A stretch of 64,000 bases of DNA, taken from NCBI GenBank assembly GCA_002104905.1, contig MCFE01000091.1:62001-126000 (forward strand), in the 5' to 3' direction. Shown here piece after piece: positions 36,010-49,200 of this stretch. The DNA comes from Basidiobolus meristosporus CBS 931.73. Lineage: Eukaryota; Fungi; Basidiobolomycota. Within the stretch, counting starts at the first letter, position 1. Each line of letters begins with the position of its first letter. Under the pieces are notes generated by a model. That model made no database searches and had not been told where the DNA came from. It worked only from the letters and a program-made list of their open reading frames with translations. Made by a program: the position numbers and the translations under genes.

Positions 36010-36606
36010 CACAAAAGTATATAATGGAGGCTATCCCTTAAAAATAAATCATCCCTCTTCCAATATTCCAACTTATTGATTGGTGAGATTGCCGCTGCCT
36101 ATTACCACCACTTTCTGACTCAGACCTGACAACACTCCCAGGAAACCATGCTGGCAGCCAACTGACCTTGGAGGCACTACTTGTGAGGAATACTCAGAGT
36201 AGGTATATTCTATTATATTTGATTTTTTTCCCAAGCTTGTTCTTGTACAGGCAAAGATACTTTTCAGTCTTTGTAACTATTGGTCAAAGCTGCATTCTTA
36301 TCAAGTCCCTGTGGGTGGAGCTTACAGTTGTTTTGACTTTGGAAGCTGTAGTACACTGTCATCTCAATGGACGTTGAATCCATTATAAACTTTTGTTAAG
36401 ATGCCAACTAAGTTGGGGATTGTAGCTCAATAGTTTTCCCTTGACAAGCTTGAGGCTTTATCCTCCTTCACATTAGATTAGACAAAAGACCCAGCATTCC
36501 TAGCAAGCTTTTGCCAGAGGTTATTGCACCCAGTGAACACCCCACACACATTCACACTTGAGAAGTGTTGGCCATATTTCGCCCTTTGAACTTATACACC
36601 ACCACA
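36010..36606 (+). mobile_element. Partial LTR-D, inverted relative to 34912-35982
   Basis: Ends cttatacaccaccaca|gcgt. The reverse complement aligns with 34912-35510. Confidence 0.8.
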
Positions 36607-37834
36607 GCGTGAGATGAAGACAATGTGGTGTTTATACCAAAGCCTAAGAATCAAAAGACACTCAAGATCTGTGAAGCCATTGAGTGCAATAATGAAGAGT
36701 GGGCTAATATTCAAGAGGCCTTCAGAAGTCTAGCAAGCCATCACCTTAAGGCCAGTATACCATGGGACTATCAGGAGCTCAAGGCTATGCAGAATGCACT
36801 TGACTTGTTCCATGAGCATTATCCTGGATTCAAACATGCAAACAGATTGTGGGCAAGTATTGGTATCCGAAGAAAGTATCTTAAGAATTGCAGAAACTAT
36901 CAAAGGCAGAAAAACAAGGGTTCCATGGCTAAAAACCAGCAGCTTCCTCAAGAGCCTGTTGCAAGCAAAGCTAAAAGCTGCAGAAAAGCATCAAGGAGAC
37001 AGCAGGTAGCTGGAAGAGTGCCAATCAGGGACAATCAGGCAGACACAGATGCACCAGCACAACGTTTATCAAGGAAAATGTGTAGTACCACTCAAGAAGC
37101 ACTCAGTCAAAGTAGCAGTGAAGGACCTGGCAGTGATAAAGACCAGCAGCCTTTACAAGAGCCCATCATAACCATGGTTGAGGGCTTGAACCAAGTGGAA
37201 AAGAAACATCCAGTTGCTAGACAAGTGCCAGCAAGGGACAAGCAGGCCAAAACAGATGCGTCACAGCTGAATTTATCAAGGAGAAAATGTAGTTTCTTAC
37301 AAAAAGCACTCAGATAAAGTACCAGTGAAATACCTAGCAGTGATAAAGGAAAAGGTAAAGGGCAAAATGTCTACCAAAGCCTGAGACAGGGAGGCATCCA
37401 AAAAAAACTGCAGTTCTTGCCAATTGATGCCCCAAGCCCAGAACAGACTGAATCTCATCATTGCCAAGAAGAATTACCAACAAGAAAACAGCTGTTTTCA
37501 TCAGAGTTGGAAGTGCAGCCAGTTGAGCTGCACTCCAGCAAGGTAGATGGGTTTGCAGAAAAAGGCAATTTGTTTACCACAGCCTTTGCATCCTCCATTG
37601 TTAAGAGAGTGGAGATCCCACTGACAGACATGGCTACAGCAGCAGGAACTCAAAAGACTATCACAATGCCTTCAGTGGAACTTTAGAACATTAATAGGCA
37701 CACCAAGAGGTTGCAGCACTTCTTCAAGAGTGGTTCTCAAGAAAATGCACTTGAATATGGCAAGGACTTATTGCAAAGACTAGCAGCTGAGGCGCTAGAC
37801 CTTGCAATGCTGGCTGAGGACCAGGACATATGGG

Positions 37835-40800
37835 TGTTACAAGTCTTGGTATAAGAGTTGTAGAGGAATAGGGAGTTTAGCTAGTATTGTATTCACTAAA
37901 ACTTGAACTGATTTTTATTGAGGTTCCAGCATCTCCTTATATACATTTTGCCAAATCAATTGCTGACTAATTGTATTTCCTAATGTAGGTTGTGGCTGAT
38001 GACTCATTGAATGCATCATCATCACCCAATAAGATCCTACTTAATATATCTATTTCTGTCTGATAAGGATCTGCTGATTCATTTGCTGACTAATGCTACT
38101 GATTTCATAGATAATACTGATATACTGATAACCTAAACATATACTAATTGATTTGACTAAAAACTGATCTAACTTAAACTTTCAAGCGGCAGATCATAAC
38201 ATTCTCCCCTACTAAAGTTGAGAGGGTTCTCCTGAATCTCTTTTCTTGCAATACCAATATCTTGATGGTTCAGTATTATCAGCAAGTCTTGCAAGCCTGA
38301 GTCTGTCCCTATGCACTAAGTCTTTCCAGATATTGCCTTGTTTGTCCACCAGTTGGTAAGTTGCAAATGGACATTCTCTGATGATCTTGAATGGTCCTGT
38401 CCATTGTGGCTCAAACTTCTTCCAAGTGTTGTTTCTTAGCAATACAAAGTTCCCAACTGTCAATGCTTCTGGTGCTATAGTCTTATCAAATCTCTGCTTC
38501 ATCATTTCTGCGCTTTGAGATACTTTGGTCTGTGCCTCTTGACGTCTTTGTTCCAGTTGCTGGTGTCTACTTGGTTGACTGAGTTCATCTTCTAAGGTGT
38601 CTGTAAGTTTTGGTTGTGTGAGATCTCCTGGAATCCTTGGTTCACATCCATAAACTAAGTAAAATGGTTATTGCTGGGTGGTGTTGTGTACTCTGAATCT
38701 GCATGCAAAGAGTGCTTGGTCTATATACTCATCCCATCTAATGACAACTCCATTTGCATACTTGGTCAGCATTTTTCCAAATAATCCATTAAACCGCTCA
38801 GTGACTCCATTAGTTCTGGGGTGATATGCCAAGGTTCTCAAGTGTCTGATCTGCTGCATTTCCAGGTAAGCCTCTAATGTCTTTGCCATAAAGTTTGCAC
38901 CTCTATTGGATAAGATCTCCACAGAGCATCCAAACTTCATCAGGATCTCATGGTAAATGAAACTTGCAACTTCTTTTTCACTGGCTATTGGTACAGCTTT
39001 AGCAACTGGCCATTTAGTGGCATGGTCAATTGCTACTAGGATCCAACGGTGTGGTGGTGTAGAGGTACTCCTGGGAGAAGCTACACAACTCAAGGTGTGT
39101 GAGGTGTCTGATGGGTTCAATAACCTCTGTGTCTAAACTGCTGGTGTCTTTGTCAATATGTCACTATGGTAAAAGCTCCTGCTTCTCTAGCTTCCTAGGT
39201 GCTCCAAGTGTCTCCAAAGGCCTCTGTGTGTCTTGTGCACTACCCTGAAAAGCTCCTTGATGGCAGGTCTGAGATGTACTGTTGAAGGCAAGTGCAGTGA
39301 TCAACTGCTAATCAATAAGGTAGAAGTGTTACTGATAGAAGGGATGATTTATTGATGAGGGATTGCTTTCCCTTAAATACTTTTCCTGATTGCCAAGTGA
39401 TTACTAATGACAAGGTTCTAGAAGATTCTAGGTATCAGTGGAATTCTTGATGACATCACTATGAGCTAAAAATATGCCAAGAATGTCCTGGAAGGTTTTA
39501 AAAGGCACAGCACATTCAACCAATCAGGAATCATTAGTCTGAAACCTGTGCAACATAGAAATACCATATATGGTATTGAAATGGTAGGGATGGTAACACA
39601 GACCTGGGTCATGTGTCACAGGTACTGACGCGGGTACTTGCCTTATATAGATACATCTACTGATCACAAAGCTGAATAACATCTGGGATAACTAATGCTA
39701 ATAACTAATCAGGGTAAACATCATATGGGGATAATACTGATAATATGGGCAAAAGAAGAATGGGATAATACTGATAAGATAAAATATGGATAAGTATATC
39801 ATAATGACTATATGAATTAACTTGTCTGTGGGAGGTATGTTTACCCTACCACAACAGTTGCATTTCCTGGTAGCTGGCAGTCTTCCAATAAAGTCAATTC
39901 CCCATCTCTCAAATGGTCTTACAGGCTCCAAAGGGAAGAGTTTGCCAATTCTTTGTGGCTGGCCTTGATTGATTTGGCAGTTTGGGCATGTTTTTACTAG
40001 CTTCTCAATGACTTGTTTCATTCTGGGCCACCATGCTCTGGCTTTCACAAGGCTATAGGTTCCTTCAATCCCAAGATGTCCATATCCATTGTGTAGCTTA
40101 TGTATTAAATCCAGGCGAGCAACATAAGGACAATAGGCAATAGGGCTTCCATCAACAATTCAGTAGAGTGTTTCATTCTGTACAACAAATTTGCTGGCTT
40201 CATCATGGATTATCTTCTTGATATCTTCATCCACCTCATTAGGAATGGCTTGGTCCTCCAAGTACTTTGGTAATAGGCTAGGCCAATCTGATTCATGCAC
40301 CAAGTTGAGTTGTGCAACTTGATCTAATCTTGATAAGGCATCAGCTACCGTGTTGTTTTTTCCAGGACAGTAGACAATCTCCAGGTCAAATTGCTGAATG
40401 TATTCACTCCATCTTGTCATTCTTCTAGAGAGTACCTTCTGAGTAAATATATACTTGAGGGAGGCATGATCAGTCTTCACAGTGCATTTAACTCCTTCAA
40501 TATAGCATCTCCATGTCTTCAAACAGTGTATTATAGCAAGCATCTCCTTCTGATGGACTGGATAGTTTTGTTCTGCTGAGTTCAGTTTCTTGGATTCAAA
40601 GGCAACAGGGTAGTCCTTTCCCTTGTGTTCTTGGCTCAGCACTCCACCAATTACATAATCTGAAGCATCTGTGCACAGAGTGAACTCTTTTCTGAAGTCT
40701 GGTATTCTTAAGCTTGGCAGCTTAGCAAGTTCATTCTTTAGCGTCTGGAAGGCAGTCTCACAAGCTATGTCCCACTTGTAGGTATTGTCTTTCTTGAGGA

Positions 40801-43578
40801 TATGAGTTAAAGGGGCTGCAATACTTGCAAATGACTTGACAAATCTCCGGTAATAGGAAACCATTCCAAGGAAGGATCTGAGCTCTGATATGCTATGGGG
40901 CTGCTTCAAATTCTTGATTACTTCCACCTTCTTAGGGTCTAAGGTTACTCCTGTGCTAGTCACTATTTGTCCCAGATATTCTATGTGTTCCTTGAAGAAT
41001 TCACACTTGGCTAGCTTGCCATATAGCTTGTTCTCTCTTAGTTTCTTCAAGACCTTTTCAATGTGCACCATGTGATCCTTTTCTGTCTTGCTGTATATCA
41101 ATATGTCATCCAGGTAGATTATCACAAAGTTGTTTTAGTACTCCTGAAAGACAGTCTGCATCAGCGTCATGAATGTTGCAGGGGCATTAGTGAGGCCAAA
41201 ACTCATGACTAAGTACTCGTAATGTCCATATCTGGTCCTGAATGCTGTCTTAGGGATATCTTCTGGTTTCACCCTAATCTGGTTGTATCCTGACATGAGG
41301 ACAATCTTGCTGAAAATAGTGGCTCCATTAAGTTGGTCCAAAAGCTCATCAATCCGAGGTATGGGGTACTTATTCTTGACGGTAACTGAGTTCAGGGCTC
41401 TGTAGTCAATGCACATCCTAAGTGTTCCATCCTTCTTTTTCACAAAAAGCACTGAAGCTCCCCAAGGTGACTTGCTGGGCCTGATGTATCCTTGCTCCAA
41501 TAGCTGATCAATTTGTCTCTTCATTTCCTCCAATTCCAATGGACTCATTCTGTAAGGTGTCTTGCTCACTGGAGGGCTATCTCCTGTGTCAATGGCATGA
41601 TCCATGTCTCTGACTGGTGGTAGGCTTACAAGCTCATCTGGAAACACATCTGAATATTTCTTCAAGAGAGCCTGGACCTGCTGGGGTGCTGGGGTAGAGG
41701 AATCCTCCTGTAATACCGCCATGAGGAACATCTCAGTACCTTTTCTAAGTGCTCTACAGAACTGGGTCTTGCTAAGTTCACTTTTCTCACACACACTGGA
41801 ATTGACCAAGTTGAAATCCAGCATGGCAGGTAATAACTCATAGGTCTTGTTGTCTTTTTGGATCTGAGTAGCATGGGTTCTCCAGTTGATTGATGGATTA
41901 CAACAAAATAGCCAGGTTTTTCCAAGTACAAGGTCAAACTTGCAGTTCCCAAAAATATAAGCCTGTAGGTCTTCTTCATAGTCATTGATCCTCATTCTTA
42001 CTGGCTGGGTAATACGGTTGATTATGTGGGAGTTCCCATCAGCTGTGGAAACTGAAGTTGATTTGGTAGGTTCCAAGTTGATTCCAGCTTTCAAAGCAAA
42101 TTGCTCTGACATGTACTCATGCGATGCTCCTGAGTCAATCATGATCTTGGCAGGTACTCCATTGATTACTCCATTTAAGTACAATAACTTCCCTGAGTTT
42201 GAAGTCATTTGGGACAAGTACTCTTCTGTCATATGGAAGGTGAATTCTGAGTCTTCTTCAAGCTCATCTTCCACATTACTGTGTTCATGGGACTCAATAT
42301 GGCTGAAGGTTCTTGTTGGCTGGTGTCCATTTCTTCTCTGAGGGCAGTACTTTGCAATATGTCCCTGCTGGTGGCAATTGAAGCAAAGTCCTCTCTTCTT
42401 GCATTCTTCTGAGGAGGGATTCTTCTGCATAGCGTCTATTTCCATTGGTACTGCTTCTGATTGTCTTCTTTCATAATGATTATAGCCTTTCTGATTAGTC
42501 AATGTAGGCCTCCTAACTCCAAACATAGCTGAGTCATAGTCAATGGCAATCTTGATGGCTTCTTCAATAGTCTGAGGTCTTTGGTAATTGACTTCCTTGC
42601 AAGTTCTTTCTTTCAACCCATCAATAAATTATTCAACTTGATCCAAGGGGTCCATTCTTTCAATTTGTCCAAGTAGACATCTGTACTCATAGATGTATTC
42701 TTGCACCATTCCTTTCTGTCTGAGTGTCTTTAACTTCCTTCTTAGTAGTGTCTGCTGGTGTGGAGGTTCAAAAGCATCCTGAATTTCCGACACAAACTCA
42801 TCCCAGGTAGAGATTGTAGAGCATCCCATCATAGTAGCTGACCTGATCTTGTTGTGGTACCACTGTAAAGCTGCATCTGCCAGGTAAGAAGCTGCATAAT
42901 GCAACTTGCTCTCTGGAGCAATTCCTTTAGCTTTAAAAGCTTCTTCAATCTGAAAGAGCCAAGTTCCCAGTTTTCATTGACTCTGCCATGGTACCAGTTG
43001 ACCTTCACACTAAAGTTGCTCTTGACGGGGCTTTGCTGGCTCTGAGCCATGGTAGTCACTCCTTGTTGCTGTTGGCTGAGGATCTGGAGTAGCTGCTGCT
43101 GTTGGGCCAGGATTTGCTGCATGGCATTCTTCCATTCTTGATTGTCCGACATCTTGAGGGTGGTTTCTTCTTTCTTCAGGAGGGAGGTTTCTGGTTATTG
43201 CTGCTACCAATGTTACAAGTCTTGGTATAAGAGTTGTAGAGGAATAGGAAGTTTAGCTAGTATTGTATTCACTAAAACTTGAACGGATTTTTATTGAGGT
43301 TCCAGCATCTCCTTATATACATTTTGCCAGATCAATTGCTGACTAATTGTATTTCCTAATGTAGGTTGTGGGTGATGACTCATTTGATTGCATCATCATC
43401 ACCCAATAAGATCCTACTTAATATATCTATTTCTGTCTGATAAGGATCTGCTGATTCATTTGCTGACTAATGCTACTGATTTCATAGATAATACTGATAT
43501 ACTGATAACCTAAACATATACTAATTGATTTGACTAAAAACTGATCTAACTTAAACATTCAAGCAGCAGATCATAACA
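37835..43578 (-). mobile_element. Full-length Ty3/Gypsy family C element (5' LTR 43211-43578, gag-pol 43152-38212, 3' LTR 37835-38201)
   Basis: 4-bp TSD TGGG, PBS TTGGTAGCAGC, PPT tagtaggggagaa. [18 protein letters not shown], protease [34 protein letters not shown], RNase H TDASDYVIGGVLSQ, integrase PFERWGIDFIG, GPY/F-like WTGPFKI. No chromodomain is seen. About 8 differences between the LTRs by eye. Confidence 0.97.
39050..39853 (-). mobile_element. Solo LTR, family E (804 bp), inserted in the Gypsy-C integrase
   Basis: TGTGGT..ACCACA termini and a 4-bp TSD ACGG/ACAG. Removing it restores ggatccaacagttgc (compare 59771-59790). Confidence 0.92.
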
Positions 43579-44605
43579 TGGGAACTAGTAAATGAGCAGT
43601 GGCATAGAGCCATTGGTTTCCTGCCAAAGCTGTGGAACCAGAGCATTACAGCAGAAATACTGATTGACTAGTGGATTTTAATGGAATTACTAGTTGAGTG
43701 TGCAGTTGAGCTTAATGTTGGTGTAGGGTATAGGGACTTGTATAGGTTAATAAAATTGGCAATTGAGGTACAACAGAGTTTCAACAGAATTAAATCAACT
43801 TGTACACATGAAAAGTAGAGAAACAGGTGAGTCAGGAAGTAAGGAGTGCAAAAAAGAGTCAATAGCCAATCAATGCACACAAATATAGGAGGTGATAGAG
43901 TATCTGAGATCAGAAAGTGAGCAAATTGGCAGGGGACCAATTGACAGTCACTTATACACTGTTCCGATGAAAAATTTTGGCTATGCTTTTTGTGAATTCT
44001 GGGGTTCAATTATTGTTCAACAATCTCTGGACAGTGTCCTAACAGGATCAATACCTCTTAGTCATGGGACTTGGACTTTGTGATGGCCTTTTGATGGGAT
44101 CATTACAATAGCTTTTCATAGTGTATATATGTGCCCTACTCATTACTCTAGCAGAACTGGATATCTCAGAGAGTTGACAGCAATGAAAGAATTGGAATTA
44201 AAGTGGTGGCATGAGCTCTACATCAAGATGCCAGCAGATTTATATACAAAGATCTATAACCAGACAAGTATTGAAGTCCAGAATGAACCAAGAGTGAGGG
44301 GATTTGATGAGGTAGCCATAAAAGAAAAATTCCACGTGCAATCTGAACTCTACAGGCCAGATGTGCTTGCTTGTGCCTCAACTTTGGGAACTAAAGAGAT
44401 TTTAAATGTGTTTTGCAATAATTGATTAATCTACAATATGATATATTAGTGGAGCCAAGTGGCTTCCAAGAGCAAAATATGCAGGACTTGTCAAGGAGCA
44501 GCTCAATAGTATCAGACAGAGGTTAGCATATACACTAAGAAATCAGAAGGTGAGCTTCAAGAGAAAAAATACAGACTGCAAGCAACTGCATCTAGATTGC
44601 ACCAG

Positions 44606-45302
44606 TGTTGTGCATAAACATTAAAGACTTGGCCAATTTACTTTGTAAGAAAATTTGGTACCCTAACTGATTTTCCTTAACCCAAACATACCTAAGCCCT
44701 ATTGTGAAATATCTTATAACTTCTCAAAATCCATTTTTAGCTGTTGCACCTGATTAATTTTCTTTTGGTCCTTACTTCCTCAACTGATATGCTAAGCATT
44801 TCCAAGTAATCAGTCATCTGAGATCTATCCAACCACTTAGCAGTTGCCAAGACATCTGCTGATTGATGATGCAGTATTCATTTATTTTATGTGCCTATTG
44901 AAATCCTAACTAAAACAATTAGCCCAGTCTCTAGGTGCTTAGTAATTCAACCTGATCAGAAAAGTATAAATAAAGTTTACCAAACCACTTGAACCAGTGT
45001 GTGTCTCAACAAAACTTAAATTGTGTGTCAGCAAAATTAACAATTCAGCAATTCTGCTCCAGTTTCTACCCAAGCCTAGCATACAGAGCACTCCCACAAA
45101 CGCCAAGCCTAGACTACATTGCAAACCAACTCTGTTGCCTTTATAGCCAAACCCAGCTATCTACAAGACCATTATTAGACCAGAACCTCTTTACTAATAT
45201 GTCTGCCAGTCTCCAGCAATTCCAAGATTCTGCACTTGGATGTCACTAAGGTTCAGTTAAATCATTGAGGAGCTTTTTCATACTTTTCTCTTGGATGCAA
45301 TA
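44606..45302 (+). mobile_element. Solo LTR, family B, second copy
   Basis: TGTTGTGCAT..GATGCAATA with TSD ACCAG/GCCAG. Homologous to 4192-4888. Confidence 0.85.
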
Positions 45303-46252
45303 GCCAGCATGCCTTCCTGGATTCCTACCATCCCTTGCAACTCCAGCACACTGGTGCATGCCAGTCCAGTCTATGCCAACACCCTTCAGAAGAGCAACCT
45401 GTAATGAGTCAACATGTGTGAGGTCAACACATGCACTTTGAAGCAAAACTACCAGTACTTGCCTAACTGCTCATATTGTCGTAAGTCCATTTGAGTAGGA
45501 CAAGTTAGGGTTGCATGTTGCATTGTATTAAACTCAGCCAAGAGCCTTGCCTACACATCAGGTAGCACCTGCTTGTACCATCACACCTGACCATCATCAA
45601 GTTACTTCTGCTGAACTGATTGACAATGACCAACTGGAAGTGCCTCTACTACCAGAGCCTTTGGCAACTAAAAGAACACATTGGCCCATGGCACTTCAAG
45701 CTAGTTCTGAAACATCATCTGGAGCAATTCAGCATGGCTAATCTCCAGCCCTGCACTCATCAACTAGGAGGCAAAACACTGACTACAAGTACATAAGTAG
45801 CTAAGAAGATAGTCAAGAAGGAAGTAATATAGGTATGCAAAGTGAATCACTAGCAAACACTTCAATAGTAATGTTGGTGAGAAAAAACCTATGAGAAGAT
45901 GATGCAACTGCGTTGAGATGCTATCATTTATTGTGATCCAAACTACACAATTTTTTTCATTCCAAAATAGGCATTGTCAATTAATGATCACCAAGTTTCT
46001 GATTTAAGTAATATCAGAGTCTTCTCACATTTGTGATAGAACATTGATAAGTAAAGCCTGCATACATATACATCATTTGCAACACCAGTGCAGCCATTTG
46101 ATCTGACTTGATCTACCTAATTGGTTGCGTGCTAGCTAGACAGCTTGTCCAATCACGGAAATTAGGGATTTACTTGCTCAGTGAGCAAAATGGGATATTT
46201 GATGGCAAATCAGGTAGCAGGTGTGTTGGTCAGTAAGCAAGTTGGGGACTAG

Positions 46253-49200
46253 TGCTTTAATCTTTTGCATTAAGGCTTGAGTTAGATCAGTTTTTAGTCA
46301 AAATGATCAGTTTTGTGTTTAGTGTATCAGTATATTGGTGTTATCTATAAAATCAATAGTATTAGCCAGCAGATGAGTCAGCAAATCTTTATCAGACAGA
46401 AATAGATAAAATAAGTAGGATCTAATTGGGTGATGATGGTGTAGTCAAATGAGTCATTAGCCACAACCTACATTGGGAAATACAATTAGTCAGCAATTCA
46501 TCTGGCAAAGTGTATATAAAGAGTTGCTGGAATCCCAATATTGATTAGTTCAAGTTTTAGTAAATGCACCACTAGCTAAACTCCCTATTCCTTTACAGCT
46601 CTTATATTAAAACTTCTACAATTGGTAGCAGCAATAACCAGTGACCCCCCTCCTTAACAAAGACAAAGCCACTCTCAAGATGTCAGAAGATCAAGAATGG
46701 AAGAATACAATGCAGCAAATTCTGGCTCAACTGCAGCAGCAATGAATGACAACTATGGCACAGAACCAGCAAAGCCCTGTCAACAGTAACTTTAGTGTGG
46801 AAGTCAGCTGGTATAGTGGTTTAGTCAATGAAAATTTGGGAACTTGGCACTTCAGAGAGTTGAATACATTGTTGATGGGTTGAAAGAAATAACTAGCAAG
46901 GAAGTGAATTATCAAAGACCTCAGACAATCAAAGATGCTATCAAGATTGAAATTGAAAATGAACTTGCAATGTTTGGGGTTGGAAAGCCCACAATGACCA
47001 CTCAGAGAGGCTGCTATCACTATGAAAGGATATAATCAGAAGCAGCGTCAATGGAAGTATATGCTATGTGGAAGAATCCCTACTCAGAAGTATGTATAAA
47101 GAAAAGATCTTGCTTGATGGCCACCAGCAAGGGCATATCCACAAGTACTGCCCTCAGTGAAGAAGCTGACACCAGTCAACAAGAACCTTCAACCACATTG
47201 AAGCCCTTGAGTATGGAAACTGCTGAGATATTGGACTATTTGGTACCATTCAGCAGCTAAAAATTCACTTAACAGCTCCAGACTAGTCTTGGTTACTGTA
47301 GGACTAATTTGCAGCCCCTACACTGCCAGTTTCTTCAGGTCTTTGATCTTGTGATTTTTCTAGTTTAGTGAAGAACAAATTAACAAATTAACAATTTCAA
47401 TCAAGCATTATACACTAGCTCTAAGAATGCTACCAAATGCTCCTGAATGTTGATAAACCCTCCTTACGTAGTATTACAGCTGTATTACTTCTACAAAGGT
47501 ATAAATACTGACCTTCTTTAAGAAAGAACAACAGGTTAACTATTATTACTATTTCTGGATCAGTTCCCTATATCTAAGTCACTTCTTGAATTGCAACAGG
47601 TTATAAGCCCCAATTGCCTTGACCTATTCAAAGGAAGACTTCTACCAGCAAACAGAATAATACAATCTTCTTTGCAGTAAAGGAGAGGTTTGATGGCAAG
47701 AACTACGGACTTGGAGAATCAAGATGTTGATCCACCTTAAGGAAAGAAAACTTTGGAAAATAGGAGGAGGAAAAGAAGTTGAGCTTAAAGGAACAGCAGA
47801 AGTAGTGGAAAGCTTCAAGAAAAGGAGAGAAAGGCCTTTCATGCAATATGTATCAATGTGCAAGGTTCCTTCATTGGGCAAGTCCATGCTTGAAATACTG
47901 CCAAAGCAGCATGGATATCCTTGGAGAAAATCTTTAGAGCAAAGTCAGTATCAAGCAAGCATTAATTAAAACAAAAGCTCTTCAACATGAGGAAGAAGCC
48001 AAATGATGATATGCAACAACCCAATACCAGAATGGCAACACTTGCAGAAGTACTTAACAGTAATAATACTGGTGCAGATGATGAAGAGAAGATACTCTGT
48101 CTGCTTTGCAGCTTACCAGACAAGTATGAACTACTCATATTTTATTTTGAAAGCAGAGAAGACAACTCAACTATAGATTATGTCAAAGGATGACCTCTCC
48201 ATGAAGAACTCTGACGTAATGATGAAACAAAGAAAATGAAGACAATACTTTATTCCGCTCAAAAAGACATACAGAAAAGAAGGGAAAGCAACAAAATCAA
48301 AGAAAATCTGGTTGCTGTAACTACGGTAAGAAGCCAACACACTTGACAAGAGAATGCAAGAAGAAACAAGCAGACAAAAAACACAAACTAGAGCAGGCAA
48401 ACCATATAGCAACTGATGAACAGCTATTTGTAACTGTACAAGAGAGTGCAGGTAGCCAAAGTAATGAATGGTATATAGACTCTAAAGCATCACAGCATAT
48501 TTGTGGTATAAAGAAGTGGTTCAGCAACTTAAAGACTATTCCTGCAAGAAAGGCTTATCTGGGAGACAACTCTGCACTGGTAGCTACTGTCCATGAGTCT
48601 ATACAACTAAATATAAATGATATCTCAGGAGCTACAACAGCAAAACTGACTGACACACTCAATGTACCTGGAATAGATAGGAACATACTCTGAGTCAGCG
48701 AAGCAGCTGCTCAGGGACTGAGATTAGTTTCTACTGAGCTGAGCTGCTCAATAGTGAGTGAAATTGGACAAAAATTAGATTTGGAAATCTGAGACTACAA
48801 TAAATCCAGGTTACAGTGCAAGATAATTGTACCTGAGTATGTTAACATTGCTGAAACTGATGAAACCAGCTGGGATATGTGGCATAGGAGGCTCGGACAC
48901 ATTGGGCAACAGAAAATGAGCCAATTTGGGAGAAATCAACTTGTTTTATGCCTGAAAACTCAATTCCCATCAAATTGACTGTCTGTAAGGAATATTCAGG
49001 TGGTCAACAAGCTAGACAACATTCCGGGAGCTCAGGAAGCATTGACCCCTCAGAAATATTGGCTATTGTACACTCAGACTTGTATGGGTGCATGAGAACA
49101 TTGTCCATTGAAGCTCACAACTACTTTATGACACTTATCAATGACAAGACAAGATATACATGGGTTTACTTACTCAAAACAAAGAATAAGGCCTTGGAGT

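Larger units (their letters stand above)
36625..45750 (+). pseudogene. Unclassified ORF-X relic split by Gypsy-C (37835-43578) and a solo LTR-B (44606-45302)
   Basis: The 230-aa ORF at 36625-37317 continues in degenerate form. The frame is continuous across the Gypsy TSD (AMLAEDQDIW-ELVNEQWHRAIGFLPKLW). Further open stretches lie at 43892-44425. The 3' limit is uncertain. Confidence 0.55.
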
